Assembly (NCBI RefSeq): GCF_044704955.1 | Contig: NW_027254352.1 | Location: forward strand, 3,224,001-3,288,000 | Reading direction: 5' to 3' | Source: Pristiophorus japonicus | Taxonomy: Eukaryota | DNA: 64,000 bases | Shown here: positions 60,365-64,000 of the stretch, piece by piece | How the letters are laid out: every line of letters starts with the position of its first letter | How positions within the stretch are numbered: position 1 is the stretch's first letter | The notes under the pieces: generated by a model | The model's input: only the letters and a program-made list of their open reading frames with translations | What the model was told of the DNA's origin: nothing | The model's database searches: none | Program-made: the position numbers and the translations under genes

Positions 60365-61020
60365 GGTTATTGTCCTATTTCTAGAGCCCCTAATTTCCTT
60401 GTTCCTGGAGCTGCTAATTACCCTTTTTATGGAGTTAATTCCACTTTCTGGAGCTAATTGCACTGTTTCTGGAGCTAATTCCACTGTTCCTGGAGCTGCT
60501 AATTCTCTGTTTCTGAAGCTAATTCCAATGTGTCCGGAGCTGCTAATTCCTCTGTTCTTTGAGCTGCAAATTTCACTGTTTCTGGTTCTAATTCCCTGCT
60601 TCTGGAGCTAGTTCCCCTGTTTATGGATCTAATTTCACTGTTTCTGGAGCTGCTAGTTACACTGTTCCTGGAGCTGATAATTCTTCTGTTTCTGGAGATA
60701 ATTCCCTTGTCTCTGGAGCTAATTCCACTGATTGCTTCTGCAGCTGGTAATTCCAATATATATGAAGCAAATTACCCTATCCCTGGAGCTGCAAATTCCA
60801 CTGCATCTGGAGTAATATCCATCTTTCTGGAAATAATTCCACTGCTTCTGGAGCTGCAAATTATATTGTCCCTGGAGCTGCTTATTCCCCTGTTTCTGGA
60901 GCTGATAATTCCACTGTTATGCAGCTAATTCCACTGTTTCTGGTGCTAATTCCACTGTTTCTGGAACAAATTCCACTGTTCCTGCAGCTACTATTTCCAA
61001 TGTTTCTGGCGCTAATTCCA
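60365..61020 (-). repeat. Inverted block of satellite C
   Basis: Monomers read CTAATTCCACTGTTTCTGGAG. 60625-60822 is the reverse complement of ~58941-59145 (shared peptide signature LELIPLI....NSNIYEANYP..GAANST.SGVIS in opposite-strand ORFs). Confidence 0.92.
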
Positions 61021-61029
61021 CAGGGGAAT

Positions 61030-63700
61030 TAGGTGTGTGCACCATAAACAAAACAATTCGGTGGTATATATGTCGGGAAATAGTAGCCACATAAAAATGA
61101 CAATTTAGGTGTTCCATGAACAGTGCAATTTGAGCCCCTGAAATTGCGCAATGAGGAGTTCCACAATCAAGTGAAATAGCTCCAGCAACAGGCATAATTG
61201 AAAGTAGCGAAACTCGGGTATTAGGAACTCCAGGAATATTGAAGATACCAGCTCCCGGACTAGAAGGTGAATCCCCAGAACATGTAATGAGACGCAGAAA
61301 CTCTTGAATAAACTTCACATTTTGAGAAATTAGGAGGTCTACATACACAGGTAATAGGAACTCCCGAAACAGGGGAATTGTCTCAGAAATATGGGAATTA
61401 GCTCCATCAAGTGACAGTATCAAGAGTTCCATAAAGAGAAGACGTTGCACCAAAAAAACAGGGTGTTTAGCTTGAGAATCATGAGATTACCAGATCGCGA
61501 AACAAGGGAATTATGGTTCCATAATGAATGTAATTTGGAGCAAGAGATACAGGAGATTTAGTAGATCCAGATACAGGGAAATTAGGAAAGGGCACCATCA
61601 ACATGGAACATAGGAGAGGGCACAAGAAAGTGGGATATATTGTGACAACTCCGGAAAAAGGCAATTTATCTGTTCCTGTAGAAGGGGAAATAGGAGAGCG
61701 CACCATTAACAGGATAATTAGGATTTATAGGGGAACGCGTAGCTACAAGAACAAGATAATAATGTGATCCATGAACTGCGAGATTTGGATCTCCATCGTC
61801 AGTAACATTAGGAACTCCACAAACAATTAAATAATTTCGAGAAACAACAGGACTGGGACCTCCAGGAACTGGGGAATCAGCACCAGAAACAGAGGTATTA
61901 CCTACTGAAACTGTTGCATTTGCTACAGAAACAGGGCAGTGTTGTCCAGAAGCAGAGGAAATAGGATCTCCTCATTTTGGGATATTAGGAGCTCCAGAAA
62001 AATAAGAATCACCTCCAGAACCAGTGGTAATAGATTCAGAATCAGGGGAATTGGGATCTGTAGATCGAGAAGCTACAGGAATACAGGAAGTAGCTTAGAT
62101 ATAAGAGCATTAACTTCAGAAACAGTGAAATTAACTCCAGAAAAAATGGAATTATGTCCTGAAACTGGTGAAATATACGATCCAGAAACAAGGGAAGTGT
62201 GGTTCCATGAACAAAGTAATTTGGAAAAAAGATAGAGGAGATTAGGAAAGGGCTCCATCAACGTAGGACTTTGGAGCAGGCTCCAGAAAGTGGCACATTT
62301 GGAGACAGCTCCAGAAACATTCGCTGCTCAGTGTATCAGGGAATTTGGAGAGTGCACTATAAATAGGAAAATTCGGAGCTTTATATATATATAGGGAAAC
62401 TAGTAACCATGTAAGAACACAATTACGTGCTCCACAAACAGTACTGGGTTATAGAAAAGGGTTTTTGGGATCTTCCAAGCAACGGAAATGTCTACAGCAA
62501 TAGGGAAACTAGTACCTGCAGAATCTAGGCATTCAGCTCAAGAGGCAGAATTATTAGCTCCAGGGACAGTTGAAATAGCTACAGAAAATGGGGGGTTCCC
62601 TCCAGAAACTGAGAAATTTGGAGCTTCACAAACTGGGATATTAGAATCTGCATTAAAAGATGAATTAGCTCCGGAAACATGGGAATTAGCACCAGGAACA
62701 CGGGAATACGTTCATAAACAAGGAAATTAGCTCCACAAAGAGGGGGCACAATTGCAGAAAAAGTGTAATCATCTCCAGAATCAGCGGAACTAGCTCCAAA
62801 AACAGGGGAATTTTACGAACCACAAACGAGTGAAGTATGGTTCCATAAACAAATTAATTTGGAGCAAAAGAAAGAGGAGATTCAGGAGATCCCGATCCAG
62901 CATAATTAGCAGAGGGCAGTATTAACGTTTTACTTTGGAGCAGACTCTCGAAATTGGGAAATTTGCAGCCAGCTCTAGAAAAAAGTGAATTAGCTGATCC
63001 TATAGTAGAGGAATTAGGAGAGCGCACCATAAATAATCCAATTTGCAGCTATATATATCGGGGAACTAGTGGCCACATGAAGGGCAATTGGGTTGCAATA
63101 TAAACAGGGCAATTTGGTGTCCCAGAAACAGAGGAATTAGGAGCTGCAGGATCAGGAGAACTGGGACCTACACAGATTGGGAAATTAGTTTCGGAAACAT
63201 AGGTATTCGCTCCAGAAACAGAAGAATTAGCTATCGAAACAGGGCGATTAACTTTAGGAAGAAGGGAATTTTGAGCCGCAGAAAGAGGGGAAGTTCGAGC
63301 TCCTGCAACACGGGAACTAGCGCAGAAACAAGGGAATTGCTCCAGAAATAGAGCCATTGACTCTAGAAATAGCGGAATTAGCTCCAGAAAGACGAAAATA
63401 AGAGTTACAGAAACTTGAGAATTATCAGCTCCAGAAACAGTGGAATTCGCTCCAGAAATAAGGAACTGAGGAACTGCAGACACAGGGGAAGCAGGAGCTT
63501 CAGGAGCCCCGGAATAATCAAAGTACAGCGCAATTAGCTCCACAAACAGGGAGTTGTGTTTAAAAATAGGAGCGTTACATCCGGAAACAGTTTGCTTAGG
63601 TCTTCCTGTAGCAGGAGAATTAAGAACGCGCACCATAAAAAGGACAATTCAGAACTATATATATCGCCAAGCGAGTAGACAGCTAATAAGGACAATTAGC
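61030..63700 (+). repeat. ~0.6-0.7-kb higher-order repeat subfamily of satellite C, about five diverged copies
   Basis: A GCGCACCATAAA-like marker occurs at ~61036, ~61697, ~62351, ~63021 and ~63627, each followed by a (TA)-rich stretch then GGGAA..AGT-like sequence. TGGTTCCAT...TAATTTGGA occurs at ~61514, ~62200 and ~62838. Confidence 0.75.
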
Positions 63701-64000
63701 TGCTTCATAAACAGTGCAAATTTGAGCATGAGAAACAGGGGAATTAGGAGCTCCTCAAACAACAGAAATATCTCCAGAAAGAGGACCTTCAGAAACTGGA
63801 AATTTCTCCAGAAACAGCTGAATTGGCCACAGAAACAGGCGAATTCCATCCAGGAAGAGGGAAATTAGGAGTCGCAGAAAGAGCGGAAGTAGGAGCTCAA
63901 GGATCACGGGAATTAGCGCAGAAACAAGGGAGTTAGCGCCAGAAACAGGGTAATTGCGTCTAGGAACTGTGGAAATAGGTCTGGAAAGATGAAAATTAGG

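Larger units (their letters stand above)
53690..64000 (+). repeat. Satellite C, 21/24-bp monomer GGAATT(AGG)AGCTCCAGAAACAG(G/T), interrupted by retroposon copies, a minisatellite and inversions
   Basis: CTCCAGAAACAG and GGAATTAG recur at 21- or 24-bp spacing, e.g. 54601-54780 and 60241-60310. The domain is more A-rich and more diverged than satellites A and B. Confidence 0.92.

Overview
This window is almost entirely eukaryotic tandem-repeat (satellite) DNA, and I can support no protein-coding gene or RNA gene in it. Three repeat domains follow one another, all purine-rich on the + strand. (1) 1-~29.6 kb: a ~38-bp satellite (GTGTGGGCCTCAGTACCYCCAGGGCA[GGGA]n) with overlapping, near-identical 1,903-bp and 2,921-bp tandem duplications. 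(2) ~29.6-52.9 kb: a ~17-21-bp satellite (TAGGAGAGCTTG + G-rich linker) with a ~9.6-kb higher-order repeat; it is dense in GAGCT and GGGGT pentamers, the building blocks of Ig switch-mu regions. (3) ~53.7-64 kb: a 21/24-bp satellite (GGAATT[AGG]AGCTCCAGAAACAG) organised as ~3-kb composite modules with two local inversions and a ~0.65-kb higher-order repeat. Non-satellite sequence is limited to a short CR1-LINE reverse-transcriptase fragment (53313-53476, minus strand; residue pattern suggests a cartilaginous fish, which is my inference), a GA/GT microsatellite, and three diverged copies of a SINE-like element with a (GAT)n tail and a palindromic GC-rich head. The ORF track is explained by translation of repeat monomers. 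All coordinates and offsets were read by eye and may be off by a few bases.
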